A DNA stretch of 46,848 nt, taken from NCBI GenBank assembly GCA_003224195.1, contig QHYP01000110.1, positions 1-46,848 of the forward strand, read 5' to 3'. Made by a program: the position numbers and the translations under genes. Shown here piece after piece: positions 29,274-38,027 of the stretch. Position 1 is the first letter of the stretch. Every line of letters begins with the position of its first letter. The DNA is from Acidobacteriota bacterium (lineage in GTDB: Bacteria > Acidobacteriota > Terriglobia > Acidiferrales > UBA7541). The notes under the pieces were generated by a model. The model was given only the letters and a program-made list of their open reading frames with translations. It had not been told where the DNA came from and did no database searches.

Positions 29274-30058
29274 AGCACCTGACGGAAAAAGAGCTGATCG
29301 TTTATCGCGAAGGCGAGCGAACGGGACGCGAAAGTGTCGCGCGACATCTTGGCGAGTGCGCGGAATGCCGCGCTGCGCTTGAGCGCATGGAAAGCGTTCT
29401 CGCCGCGCTCGATACCATGCCCGTACCCGATCCCGGTGAGGATTACGGCCAGCGCGTGTGGCGGCAGATCGCTGCGCGATTGCCCGAGCGGCGAACGTGG
29501 GATTGGAGTGCGTGGCTTGAGCCGCGCCGCTTGGCTGCGGCCGGTGTCATGGCAGCGGTGATCGTGGCTGCATTTCTCGCCGGTCGGTACGTTCGGCCCG
29601 CCAAAACGAGCATCCCGCTGGATGCCGCACAAGTGCGCGAACGCGTCCTCCTCGTCGCCGTGGGCGACCATTTGGATCGCTCGGAGATGATTCTCGTCGA
29701 ACTCTCGAACACGGAACCCAATCCGCGCGGCAAGCAAACCGTTGACATCTCCGCCGAGCAGAAGCGCGCGGAAGATTTGTTGGGCGAGAACCGCCTGTAT
29801 CGCCAAACAGCTTTGCAGCAGGGAGACGCGGTGTTGGCCAGTGCGCTGGACGAACTCGAGCGCGCCCTTTTGGAAATCGCCCACAGTCCGCGCGAAGTGA
29901 CGCCAGCGCAATTTGATGCAATTCAACGGCGGATCGAGGCGCGGGGGATTCTGTTCAAGGTTCGGGTGGTCGGCGAGGAACTGCGTGAGCGCCAAAAGAA
30001 CGTGAAGCCGGCGCCTGCCCAGAGCGAAACTGGCAAGCACGAAAGGAATAAAGCATGA
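29270..30058 (+). CDS. Zinc-finger anti-sigma factor (ZAS HxxxCxxC) with TM helix
   Basis: RHLGECAECR motif, one TM helix, helical C-terminal domain; ATGA overlap with the sigma gene. Confidence 0.8.
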   Translation: MKHLTEKELIVYREGERTGRESVARHLGECAECRAALERMESVLAALDTMPVPDPGEDYGQRVWRQIAARLPERRTWDWSAWLEPRRLAAAGVMAAVIVAAFLAGRYVRPAKTSIPLDAAQVRERVLLVAVGDHLDRSEMILVELSNTEPNPRGKQTVDISAEQKRAEDLLGENRLYRQTALQQGDAVLASALDELERALLEIAHSPREVTPAQFDAIQRRIEARGILFKVRVVGEELRERQKNVKPAPAQSETGKHERNKA

Positions 30059-31420
30059 CCGCGGAAAGTGGACGGCGAATCTCGCTCGGATGCTGGCTGG
30101 CAATGGCGGGGCTGCTCGCAGCGCCAATCATGGCACCTGCTGCGACTGCGGCTCCGCAGGGCGATCAGGAAAGGCAGGAACGCGAACAGGAGCGGCTCGA
30201 CAGAGAGCAGGAGAAGCGCGATCACGAGCAGGAACTGCACGACCGGGAACAGGAAAAACGTGAACGCGAACAAGAGCGAGCGGACCGCCAGACGGAGCTG
30301 TATGACGACGGCCAGGAAGCGCTCGACGAAGCGCGCTGGGAGCAAGCCGAAGCGAAATTCGGTCAACTCGCCGAAATGAACGGCCCGCAAAGCGACGCGG
30401 CGCTCTACTGGAAATCTTATGCGCAGTCCCACGCCGGAAAACGCGACTCGGCCCGGAAAACGCGACTCGGCGCTCGCCTCTTTGGCCGAATTGAACCGGC
30501 GCTTTCCGCAAAGCCGCTGGGCAAAGGACGCAAAAGCGCTCGACATCGAGGTGCGTCAGTCCAGCGGGCAGCAGCTACACCCCGAAGCGCAAGGCGACGA
30601 TGAGTTGCGGCTGCTTGCAATTCAAGGCCTGATGAACAGCGACCCGGAGCGGGCTTTGCCGCTGCTCAAGAAAGTGCTGGAAGGCCCGGGCTCGCGCAGA
30701 GTGAAAGACCGGGCGCTGTTTGTTCTGGCGCAGAACGGCTCACCCGCGGCGCGGCAGGCTTTGGGAGAAATCGCGCGCGGCCAGAACAATCCGGAACTCC
30801 AGCGCAAGGCCGTGCAGTATCTGGGCTTATTCGGGGGCGAGGAGAGCCGGAAGACGTTGGAAGAGGTCTATGCCTCGACCGCTGATGCACAGCTCAAGCG
30901 CGCCATCCTCAGAAGTTTCATGCTGTCGGGTGATCACGCGCGTCTCTTTGCTGCCGCAAAAAGCGAGAAAGAAGAAGAGGTACGCCGCGAAGCCATCCGG
31001 CAGCTTGGGTTGGTTCACGGCCTGAACGAACTGCAACAACTGTATCAGTCGGAGAGTTCTCCCGCACTGCGCCGGGAGCTGTTGCAAGCGTTCTTCCTGG
31101 CGGGTGATGCCACAAAACTTGTCGAGGTGGCCCAAAACGAGAAGGACTCCGAACTGCGTCGCACCGCCATTCGCAACCTTGGATTGATCCACTCTGACGA
31201 TTCAGGGAAGGCGCTGCAGGCCATCTATTCCAAGGAGACGGACCGCGTCCTGAAAGCTGAAGTCCTCAATGCCTACTTCCTTCAAGGAAACGCCACGGCG
31301 CTCGTGGCCATCGCGCGCAGCGAGAAAGACCCCGAATTGAGGAAAGCGACGGTCCAAAAGCTTTCGCTGATGCATTCAAAAGAAGCTACGGATTACCTCA
31401 TGGAACTTCTGAACAAGTGA
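30055..31420 (+). pseudogene. Exported HEAT-repeat protein split by a 19-bp tandem duplication (or an assembly error)
   Basis: ORFs 30055..30603 and 30419..31420 join in frame if one copy of CCGGAAAACGCGACTCGGC (30434-30452 / 30453-30471) is removed. The joined product has signal peptide, E/R/Q coiled coil, TPR-like segment and HEAT repeats. Confidence 0.8.
30434..30471 (+). repeat. Exact 19-bp tandem duplication
   Basis: CCGGAAAACGCGACTCGGC occurs twice back to back. Confidence 0.95.
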
Positions 31421-31427
31421 GGGCGGT

Positions 31428-32531
31428 ATGAGACTCCATCGGCTCGCTGCATTTTCGCTTGGGTTCACGTTTGCTTTGGCGCCGACCGTTCGAGCGCAAG
31501 CACCCTCCGCGGAAACGCCGCGCGTGACGAATGCAAAACTCGAAACGCGGACTGTGAGCGGCTCACTCGCGGCCGAGTTTCGATTGCTGGTCGAGCGCCA
31601 GGCGGGCCCGGCGTGGATCGGGTACGCGGTCCCGCAGATTCCTGGTGAACACTCGATGTGTTGCGGGAATTATGACGACTCTCACTCTGGATGCGGCGGC
31701 TGCCGGCTCGAAGCGCGAGATGCCGGCGCAAACACGACTTCCGGCGAGAAGCAAACCGTGAAGCTGGAAGGCCCGCGGAATTTGCTGGTTCTGTTCCGCG
31801 CGGAGAAAGGCGCAGTGGGCAAGATCCGCGCTTTCTCCGAGGATTGCGCGCTCGATGCGGGAGGATTGCCGTTTGTTTGGCTGACGGGAGTGAACGCGGC
31901 GGAAAGTGTAGCTCTGCTGGAACCTTTTGTAAGCCGCTGGGAGAACGATTCACACGATGATCACGAGACGCGCCACGCGGCGCTGATGGTCATCGCGATG
32001 CAAGACGGCGAGGCGTCCAGCCAGGCGCTCGAGAAGTTCACTGCGCCGGATCGTCCCGAGAAATTGCGTGAGCAGACTGCATTCTGGCTGGGAGCGGCAC
32101 GTGGCGCGGCGGGCTTGCCCTTGCTCACGCGGCTGGCGAAGAACGATCCAAGCGCACATGTGCGCGGGCATGTAGCGTTTGCGCTGTCGGTGAGCAGAGA
32201 GCCCGGCGCGCTGGATGAAATGATCCGCTTGGCGAAAACGGACGCGGCCGGATATGTGCGCGGACAAGCGCTTTTTTGGCTTGCGCAAAAGGCGGGGAAA
32301 AAGGCCGCCGGAACGATCACCGCAGCGATTGAAGATGATCCGGACACCGACGTGAAGAAAAAGGCCGTCTTCGCGCTGAGCCAGTTGCCGAAAGACGACG
32401 GCGTGCCGAAACTGATCGAAGTGGCGCGGACAAACAGAAATCCTACGGTGCGCAAGCAGGCAATGTTCTGGCTGGGACAGTCAAACGATCCTCGCGCGCT
32501 CGCGTTCTTTGAAGAAGTGTTGACCCACTAG
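31428..32531 (+). CDS. Exported HEAT-repeat protein with Cys-rich N-terminal domain
   Basis: Signal peptide, PAWIGYAVP, CCG...GCGGCRLE, and repeated (V/L)R.QA.FWL / KKAVFALSQ HEAT units. Confidence 0.85.
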   Translation: MRLHRLAAFSLGFTFALAPTVRAQAPSAETPRVTNAKLETRTVSGSLAAEFRLLVERQAGPAWIGYAVPQIPGEHSMCCGNYDDSHSGCGGCRLEARDAGANTTSGEKQTVKLEGPRNLLVLFRAEKGAVGKIRAFSEDCALDAGGLPFVWLTGVNAAESVALLEPFVSRWENDSHDDHETRHAALMVIAMQDGEASSQALEKFTAPDRPEKLREQTAFWLGAARGAAGLPLLTRLAKNDPSAHVRGHVAFALSVSREPGALDEMIRLAKTDAAGYVRGQALFWLAQKAGKKAAGTITAAIEDDPDTDVKKKAVFALSQLPKDDGVPKLIEVARTNRNPTVRKQAMFWLGQSNDPRALAFFEEVLTH

Positions 32532-32635
32532 TGCCGTTCCAACTAAATGTAGCAAACGCGAAATACCCTATCCTTGCCGGTTAGGCGGATGCGGTTCGCA
32601 CGGGGCCTTGTCGCAATAAGTTGGAACGGCACTAG
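32528..32635. mobile_element. MITE-like element with 17-bp perfect terminal inverted repeats
   Basis: CTAGTGCCGTTCCAACT (32528-32544) and AGTTGGAACGGCACTAG (32619-32635); CTAG at both ends; no coding capacity. Confidence 0.65.
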
Positions 32636-32664
32636 AGGGCGCAAAAGCCTGCTGGATGCAAGCA

Positions 32665-34047
32665 CTACGGTCTTGGCTCCACGGGGACGAGTTTAGGGAC
32701 GATCTCCAGCTTGGCGCGGGCGATCCATCCCGTCCGCGCGCGGATGCGTACCCAGCCGACTGGCGTGCCCGGAGGCGTCGGCAGCTTTTCCAGCCGGGCG
32801 CGATAGACAAGGGCGCCTGCGAGTGGATCGCCACCGGGCTTGACGAGAGGACGAATCGGCGCCGGGCCGCCGTTCGCGGAGTTAAGCAGTTTGTAGGGCT
32901 CCGCGTCGAAATTGCCCGCGGTAGCTTCGGCAAAATCGTCCCCGGCGAGCCAGGCATCAAAGGAGTCCCTGGTCGCGACTTCAAGGAAATTCTGGTTTGC
33001 CCAAAGGACTTCGTAGTCGCCGGGCTTGAGATCGCCGGAGGACTTTTCGCCGGGACGTTTCGTGACCGGAGTCGCAGATTTCAGCGAGACACTCGGCACA
33101 ATTCGCCAGCAATTCCTTGCGCTTGCCTGGTCAATCGAGCAAATGCCTTTGTCCGTCGCCACCCAACCGCCGTGGAGAGCTGTCACCACGGCGCCGGCAA
33201 GTGGTGAGCCCGCCGCAGCCATTGTCGCTGTTTTTCCCGTTGATGGTTGGAAGCTGACCAGGCCCGCGCAAGGCAACATCGTGCCTTCGTATTGCCGGCG
33301 AGTGCCCAAAAGGAGCGCATCGCTTCCGCGCACGCTGAGCTGCGTCACGGCGCACGTGGCGAGTTCGGGAGGCTGAAACGCCTTCGCTTCTTTTGCTTTC
33401 ATGTCAAATCGAATCACCGTGCCGATGCCGAGTTCCCCTTCTCCCAGGGAATGGCCCACAGCCGCCCAAACGGAGTCGCCCGAGGAATCGATGCCGTAAA
33501 GAATCGGATCCGCAACCTCGAGTTCCTTATGCAATTTGGCCGCCGTGAGACTTTTCTGCTCGCGCTGCAGAGTCGCGAGCCAAGCGGTGACGAGTTGATC
33601 CCGCGTCCATACAACGACGGACATGGCCGGCTCGGCTGCGCCCTCGCGGCGAAGCTCGACAGTGGCCCGTTGGTCATCAGATGTGCCGGAAACGACAAAG
33701 TCATCGCCGCCCAGCGTGAAGGAGATCTTATTCTTGCGCTCCGGCTGAGATTGGTCCGCGGAATTATCCGCAGGTATGACCGTCCACTCGGGCACCTGAG
33801 GCGTTTGGTCGTTTAGCGCCGCGGTGAGGGCTTCCACGGTGTGCCGGTAGGTGAATCTTGGCGCGTAAAACTCCATGATCGGCGAGGACTCGCTGAGCGA
33901 GCGCTCCTCGATCCGCTGTGGCGCGAGATAGAGCAGATCGCGGGACATTTCCGTAGCGTCAGCGGGGAGCCTTTGAGAAAACACACGCGGAAGAGCTGCG
34001 AGGAAGAACGCTAAGCATAAGGCGGCGGGAACGAGAGTGCGTCGCAT
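32665..34047 (-). CDS. Secreted hypothetical protein (beta-propeller-like central region)
   Basis: ATG 34047 gives signal peptide MRRTLVPAALCLAFFLAAL...; WAAVG, LLLGT and WVATDKG strands. The longer ORF start overlaps dapD and is unlikely. Confidence 0.7.
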   Translation of the reverse strand: MRRTLVPAALCLAFFLAALPRVFSQRLPADATEMSRDLLYLAPQRIEERSLSESSPIMEFYAPRFTYRHTVEALTAALNDQTPQVPEWTVIPADNSADQSQPERKNKISFTLGGDDFVVSGTSDDQRATVELRREGAAEPAMSVVVWTRDQLVTAWLATLQREQKSLTAAKLHKELEVADPILYGIDSSGDSVWAAVGHSLGEGELGIGTVIRFDMKAKEAKAFQPPELATCAVTQLSVRGSDALLLGTRRQYEGTMLPCAGLVSFQPSTGKTATMAAAGSPLAGAVVTALHGGWVATDKGICSIDQASARNCWRIVPSVSLKSATPVTKRPGEKSSGDLKPGDYEVLWANQNFLEVATRDSFDAWLAGDDFAEATAGNFDAEPYKLLNSANGGPAPIRPLVKPGGDPLAGALVYRARLEKLPTPPGTPVGWVRIRARTGWIARAKLEIVPKLVPVEPRP

Positions 34048-34138
34048 CGGTGCCGTTGAAAGAATGTTGGAAGAAAGCCTTCGCGTCAAGGTTTGGATGC
34101 ATAGGTCGTGCCAGAAGGGTGCCTGCGAAGGTCGCGCA

Positions 34139-34978
34139 TCAACGGAGCAGGTCTTCAAGCTGGACGCGCGCATCCGTTTTCGCGTCGCGATATTTGACGA
34201 TAACGGCGGCCTGGAGCGAAAGTCCCCACTTCGCGCCGGCAGCGTGCGAAACAGCCCGCGAGCCGGGAACGACGATGGCTTGCTCGGGAATAACGAGCGG
34301 ATCGGAGTCGGTCGCGGTGTAAACGGCGTCGCGGACAAGATCGTACACTGGAATGGACCGATTCAGAATCGTGCCCGTCCCGAGGACCGCGCGCCGTTTG
34401 ACCACCGTGCCTTCGTAGACGCCGCAATTGCCGCCAACGAGCACCTCGTCTTCGAGGACAACCGGCAGCGCGCCAACGGGTTCGAGGACGCCGCCAATCT
34501 GCGCTCCGGCCGAAATATGGCAATTCCCGCCCACTTGCGCGCAACTCCCGACGAGAGCGTGGGAGTCAATCATCGTGCCTTCGCCCACGTAGGCGCCGGC
34601 GTTGATGAACATCGGCGGCATGCAGATGACGCCGCGCCCGACAAAGCTCCCATCGCGGATGCTCGAGCCGCCGGGAACAATACGCACGCCGTCGTCGGCG
34701 TTGATCGTGCGGACCGGGTAGGTGGACTTGTCGAAAAATCGCTGACGCTTTCCGTCTAAAGACATATCCTCGATGGTGCCCATGCGGAAGCCAAGTAGGA
34801 TGCCCTTCTTGACCCAAGCGTTGGCGCGCCAGCCGGTTTTGGAGGACGGGTCAGGTTCAGCGGCGCGGATTTCACCACGATTCAGCGCATCCTTGAACTC
34901 GCGGAAGAGGCGGAAATGTTCTTCGGTGTACTGCGCCGGAGGCTCGTCGAACAGGCGTTCAATTTGCGACGGCAACAT
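34139..34978 (-). CDS. dapD: Tetrahydrodipicolinate N-succinyltransferase
   Basis: LNRGEIRAAEP, NAWVKKGILLGF, RIVPGG, FINAGAYVGEGTMIDSHALVGSCAQVG, GGVLEP, IVKYRD.KTD. Confidence 0.95.
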   Translation of the reverse strand: MLPSQIERLFDEPPAQYTEEHFRLFREFKDALNRGEIRAAEPDPSSKTGWRANAWVKKGILLGFRMGTIEDMSLDGKRQRFFDKSTYPVRTINADDGVRIVPGGSSIRDGSFVGRGVICMPPMFINAGAYVGEGTMIDSHALVGSCAQVGGNCHISAGAQIGGVLEPVGALPVVLEDEVLVGGNCGVYEGTVVKRRAVLGTGTILNRSIPVYDLVRDAVYTATDSDPLVIPEQAIVVPGSRAVSHAAGAKWGLSLQAAVIVKYRDAKTDARVQLEDLLR

Positions 34979-35867
34979 GAGATCTCTCGGCCAGCCCCAG
35001 CGATTCGAGAACGCCGCGGATGCGCGCACGATTTTCCGCCTTGGGTGGAACGAGCGGCAGCCGCCACACGGGTTCGAGCAAGCCCATTTCCGCCATCGCC
35101 GCTTTCACGGGAATCGGGTTTGATTCGACGAAATTGACCTCCATCAATGGCGCGTACCGGCGATGGACCGCGCGCGCTGCAGAAAAGTCGCCTTCCAGGC
35201 AAAGTTTTGTCAGACGAGTCATCTCTGCGGGAATCTCGTTGGAGACAACGGAGATGATTCCGCGGCCGCCCAGGGCGATGAGCGGGAGCGTAATCGAGTC
35301 GTCGCCAGACAGAACAAGAAAGTCGTTCGGCACGGCGTTCAGGATCGCCGACATTTGCGCAATGTTGCCCGAGGCCTCTGTGATGCCCGCGATGTTTTCG
35401 ATCTCGGCCAGACGCTTCACCGTGGCGGGTTCAATGTTCACGCCGGTGCGGCCCTGCACACTGTAGAGAATGATCGGCAGAGAAACCGCCGCCGCGATTG
35501 CTTTGTAATGTTGATAGAGGCCTTCCTGCGTCGGCTTATTGTAATAGGGGGTGACGGAGAGAATGCCGTCCACGCCAATGGCCGCAAGTTCGCGCGCCGT
35601 GGCGATGACCTCGGCGGTGTTGTAGCCGCCGGCGCCGGCAAGCACGGGAACCTTGCCGTTCGCCACCTCCACGGCGATTTCGGCCACCCGCAAATGTTCT
35701 TCCCGCGTGAGCGTTGGACTTTCTCCCGTGGTGCCGCAGGGAACGAGAAAATCCACGCCCGCTTCGATCTGCCGCCGCACGAGCTTTCGCAACGTCGCCT
35801 CCTCGAGCGAGCCGTCCCGCCGGAACGGAGTCACCAGCGCAGTACCGCAACCTGTAAACCTCTCCAT
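34959..35867 (-). CDS. dapA: 4-hydroxy-tetrahydrodipicolinate synthase (Schiff-base Lys appears as Thr)
   Basis: GTALVTPF, PCGTTGE, VTPYYNKP.QEG, SGDD, ISVVSN, ESNPIPVK; dap operon context. Confidence 0.92.
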   Translation of the reverse strand: MERFTGCGTALVTPFRRDGSLEEATLRKLVRRQIEAGVDFLVPCGTTGESPTLTREEHLRVAEIAVEVANGKVPVLAGAGGYNTAEVIATARELAAIGVDGILSVTPYYNKPTQEGLYQHYKAIAAAVSLPIILYSVQGRTGVNIEPATVKRLAEIENIAGITEASGNIAQMSAILNAVPNDFLVLSGDDSITLPLIALGGRGIISVVSNEIPAEMTRLTKLCLEGDFSAARAVHRRYAPLMEVNFVESNPIPVKAAMAEMGLLEPVWRLPLVPPKAENRARIRGVLESLGLAERSHVAVAN

Positions 35868-35923
35868 CTTCTCCTCCTCTTTGAGATCCGACCTGAGCCA
35901 AGCCGCAAAGGCCGGCCCTTCGT

Positions 35924-36625
35924 TCAGCTCAATTCGGCAAGGATCTCTCGAAACTCAAAAACGCCTTTCTTTCCAATCACCCAGCGTGCCGCCCGCAGCG
36001 CGCCGCGCGCAAAGCCGTCGCGGTTGCGGGCAGTGTGGCGCAATGTGATGGTGTCCGCCGCGGAATCAAAGCCGATTTCGTGCGTGCCGGGATGCGCGCC
36101 GGCGCGGTTCGAGCTCAAATTTTCCGGGCGGTCGTAGCCGCTTCTGCGCAGCGCCTCCGCGAGTTGCAGGAGCGTGCCGGAAGGCGCGTCCTTCTTCGCC
36201 GAATGGTGAATTTCCCAACCCCAGGCTTCGTACTCGGGCTGTCTTGCAACCAAAGCGGCAGCGTGTGAGACGATTTGAACGAAAAGATTTACGCCTACGG
36301 AAAAATTCGACGCCCAAACGAGCGCGGCGCCGTTCTGTTCCACAATCGCTCGAACCGCGGGCAGGTGGTCGAGCCAGCCGGTCGTGCCCGCGACGCAAGG
36401 CAGGCCGAGCTCGGCAATTCGGCAGATGTTTTTCGCCGCGGCATTGGGCGTGGAAAACTCGGCGGCGACATCCACGCCGCGGAGAGAGTCCCGCGTGAGG
36501 CCCGCGCCGCAGGAATTGTTGCGGCTCTCGATTTTCACGCGCACGTCAAATCCATACTCGGGCGCAAGCTGCTCGATGAGCCGCCCCATCTTGCCGTGCC
36601 CCACGATGGCAAGCCCCAAGCTCAT
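35924..36625 (-). CDS. dapB: 4-hydroxy-tetrahydrodipicolinate reductase
   Basis: IVGHGKMG, EFSTP, GTTGW, ASNFSVG, EIHH..KKDAPSGT, PGTH, GFARGA. ATG at 36625 overlaps the upstream stop. Confidence 0.93.
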   Translation of the reverse strand: MSLGLAIVGHGKMGRLIEQLAPEYGFDVRVKIESRNNSCGAGLTRDSLRGVDVAAEFSTPNAAAKNICRIAELGLPCVAGTTGWLDHLPAVRAIVEQNGAALVWASNFSVGVNLFVQIVSHAAALVARQPEYEAWGWEIHHSAKKDAPSGTLLQLAEALRRSGYDRPENLSSNRAGAHPGTHEIGFDSAADTITLRHTARNRDGFARGALRAARWVIGKKGVFEFREILAELS

Positions 36626-37644
36626 GCGCTCGTTGACCCCTTTGCAAGGAGTTGCCTCACCATGCGCGCGTAAATGTCTACGGCGTCCGCAAGATCCCTC
36701 CTGGCGACGCGCTCTTCGGCGGTGTGCGCCATGTGAATGTTGCCGGGGCCGATGAGGAACGCCTTGCCCCAGGAATCGCCGAACGCGGGAATGTCCGTCG
36801 TAAACGCAGCGACGGTGGTGGGCAGGCCATTCAAACCCGAAAGGCGCACCGCCGGCGTGTACAGCACTTCGCGGGCTTCGGCGCGGCCAGCGGACGCTGC
36901 GGTGACGGCGGCGCGAATCGGCGCGGGGTCGCCGCTGAGGCGGAACATAATCTCGGCCTGCGCGTGATCGGCAAGAACATTCGGCGCGCGGCCGCCGGCG
37001 ATTGTGCCGATATTCAGCGTGCTCGCCCCAAGAAGTGGGTCCTCCGGCAAAGGAATGTTTTGGATCTCGCGCAAGACGTCCAGCAACACGTGGATGGCGG
37101 AATGGCCCAGCTCGGGATAAGCCGAGTGCGCAAGTTTCCCCTGCGCGACGATCTCGTAGCGAAGCGCGCCCTTCGACGCGACCGCGAGGCGGTTCCCGGT
37201 CGGCTCGCCGTCGACGAGGAAGCGTGAGCCGCGCGGATTCTGCGCCGCGGCTTTCGCTCCCGCGCTGTTGCGCTCTTCGCCCACGACGAACAGCAGGCCG
37301 AAATTGCGCGTGCCGCCGGCGAGAAGCCTTTCCGCCGCGCCGACCATTGCGGCAATGATGCCCTTGGCATCGCATGCGCCGCGGCCCCAAATGAATTCGT
37401 CATCCTCGCGCGAGGGAAAGAACGGCGGCACCGTGTCCATGTGCGTGGAGAGCGTGACCTCGGGTTCCCCCCAGCACGCAAAAATGTTGTCCCGGCCACG
37501 CGCGGCTTCCATGCGCTCGAGATGGCCCTTGTAGCAGGTCCCCAGGGCAGAAAGACGCTCGAAGAGGTAGTCGCCGACTTGCCTCTCGTTGTTCGTGATC
37601 GACTCGATGTCGACCAGCGCGCGCGTAAGCTCAAATAGATCCAT
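36622..37644 (-). CDS. M20 metallopeptidase (ArgE/DapE family; probable succinyl-DAP desuccinylase)
   Basis: STHMDTVPP, GRGACDAKG, VGEE, GEPT, AHSAYP, AHT.EE; first gene of the lysine-riboswitch dap operon. Confidence 0.85.
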   Translation of the reverse strand: MDLFELTRALVDIESITNNERQVGDYLFERLSALGTCYKGHLERMEAARGRDNIFACWGEPEVTLSTHMDTVPPFFPSREDDEFIWGRGACDAKGIIAAMVGAAERLLAGGTRNFGLLFVVGEERNSAGAKAAAQNPRGSRFLVDGEPTGNRLAVASKGALRYEIVAQGKLAHSAYPELGHSAIHVLLDVLREIQNIPLPEDPLLGASTLNIGTIAGGRAPNVLADHAQAEIMFRLSGDPAPIRAAVTAASAGRAEAREVLYTPAVRLSGLNGLPTTVAAFTTDIPAFGDSWGKAFLIGPGNIHMAHTAEERVARRDLADAVDIYARMVRQLLAKGSTSA

Positions 37645-37717
37645 TTGCGCCTAGGTTTTCGGGATGGTAGCGAAACGAGAAGGAGAAACCGCGAGGATAC
37701 AACTCGGGGCTGCCGCC

Positions 37718-37953
37718 TCTCGATAGCGCTCCATCCGTTTTGGTCGATCGCTGTGCGATCGCACTCGATCGGATGACAGTGGACAGGCCTTGGACCTGCC
37801 CCCCAACCGCGGCGGATTCAGCTTCCGCGGCGATTTCGGCGGATGGCAATTGCCATGCGACCTTCTTGGTCTCGAGAGCCCCTTCGCGCGGGCGTCCGAA
37901 GCTGCTCGGAACTGCGCGCCCCGCTACTGATGGCCTCCGCGCCTCTATCAAGA
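37718..37953 (-). promoter_or_regulatory. Lysine riboswitch (enlarged)
   Basis: Minus strand reads GATAGAGGCGC...AGTA...GAAGG...GCCGAA...TTGGG...ACTGTC...GGAGCGCTATC. P1 is TCTTGATAG/CTATCGAGA. The L2-L3 kissing loops CAGCTT/AAGCTG are complementary. It lies upstream of dap genes. Confidence 0.88.
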
Positions 37954-37961
37954 ACCCTATC

Positions 37962-37990
37962 AGTCTAGGGGAGCGACGCGGCAGTGTCAA
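37962..37990 (-). promoter_or_regulatory. Sigma70 promoter of the dap operon
   Basis: TTGACA-N17-TAGACT about 9 nt before riboswitch P1. Confidence 0.7.
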
Positions 37991-38027
37991 TGAGCGATCG
38001 GCGCAGACCGTGAGAGACAGCCGATCT

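Noticed and set aside
35924-37390. 488-aa DapB with a long N-terminal extension
   Set aside because: The extension overlaps the M20 gene out of frame. ATG 36625 with an ATGA overlap is the natural start.
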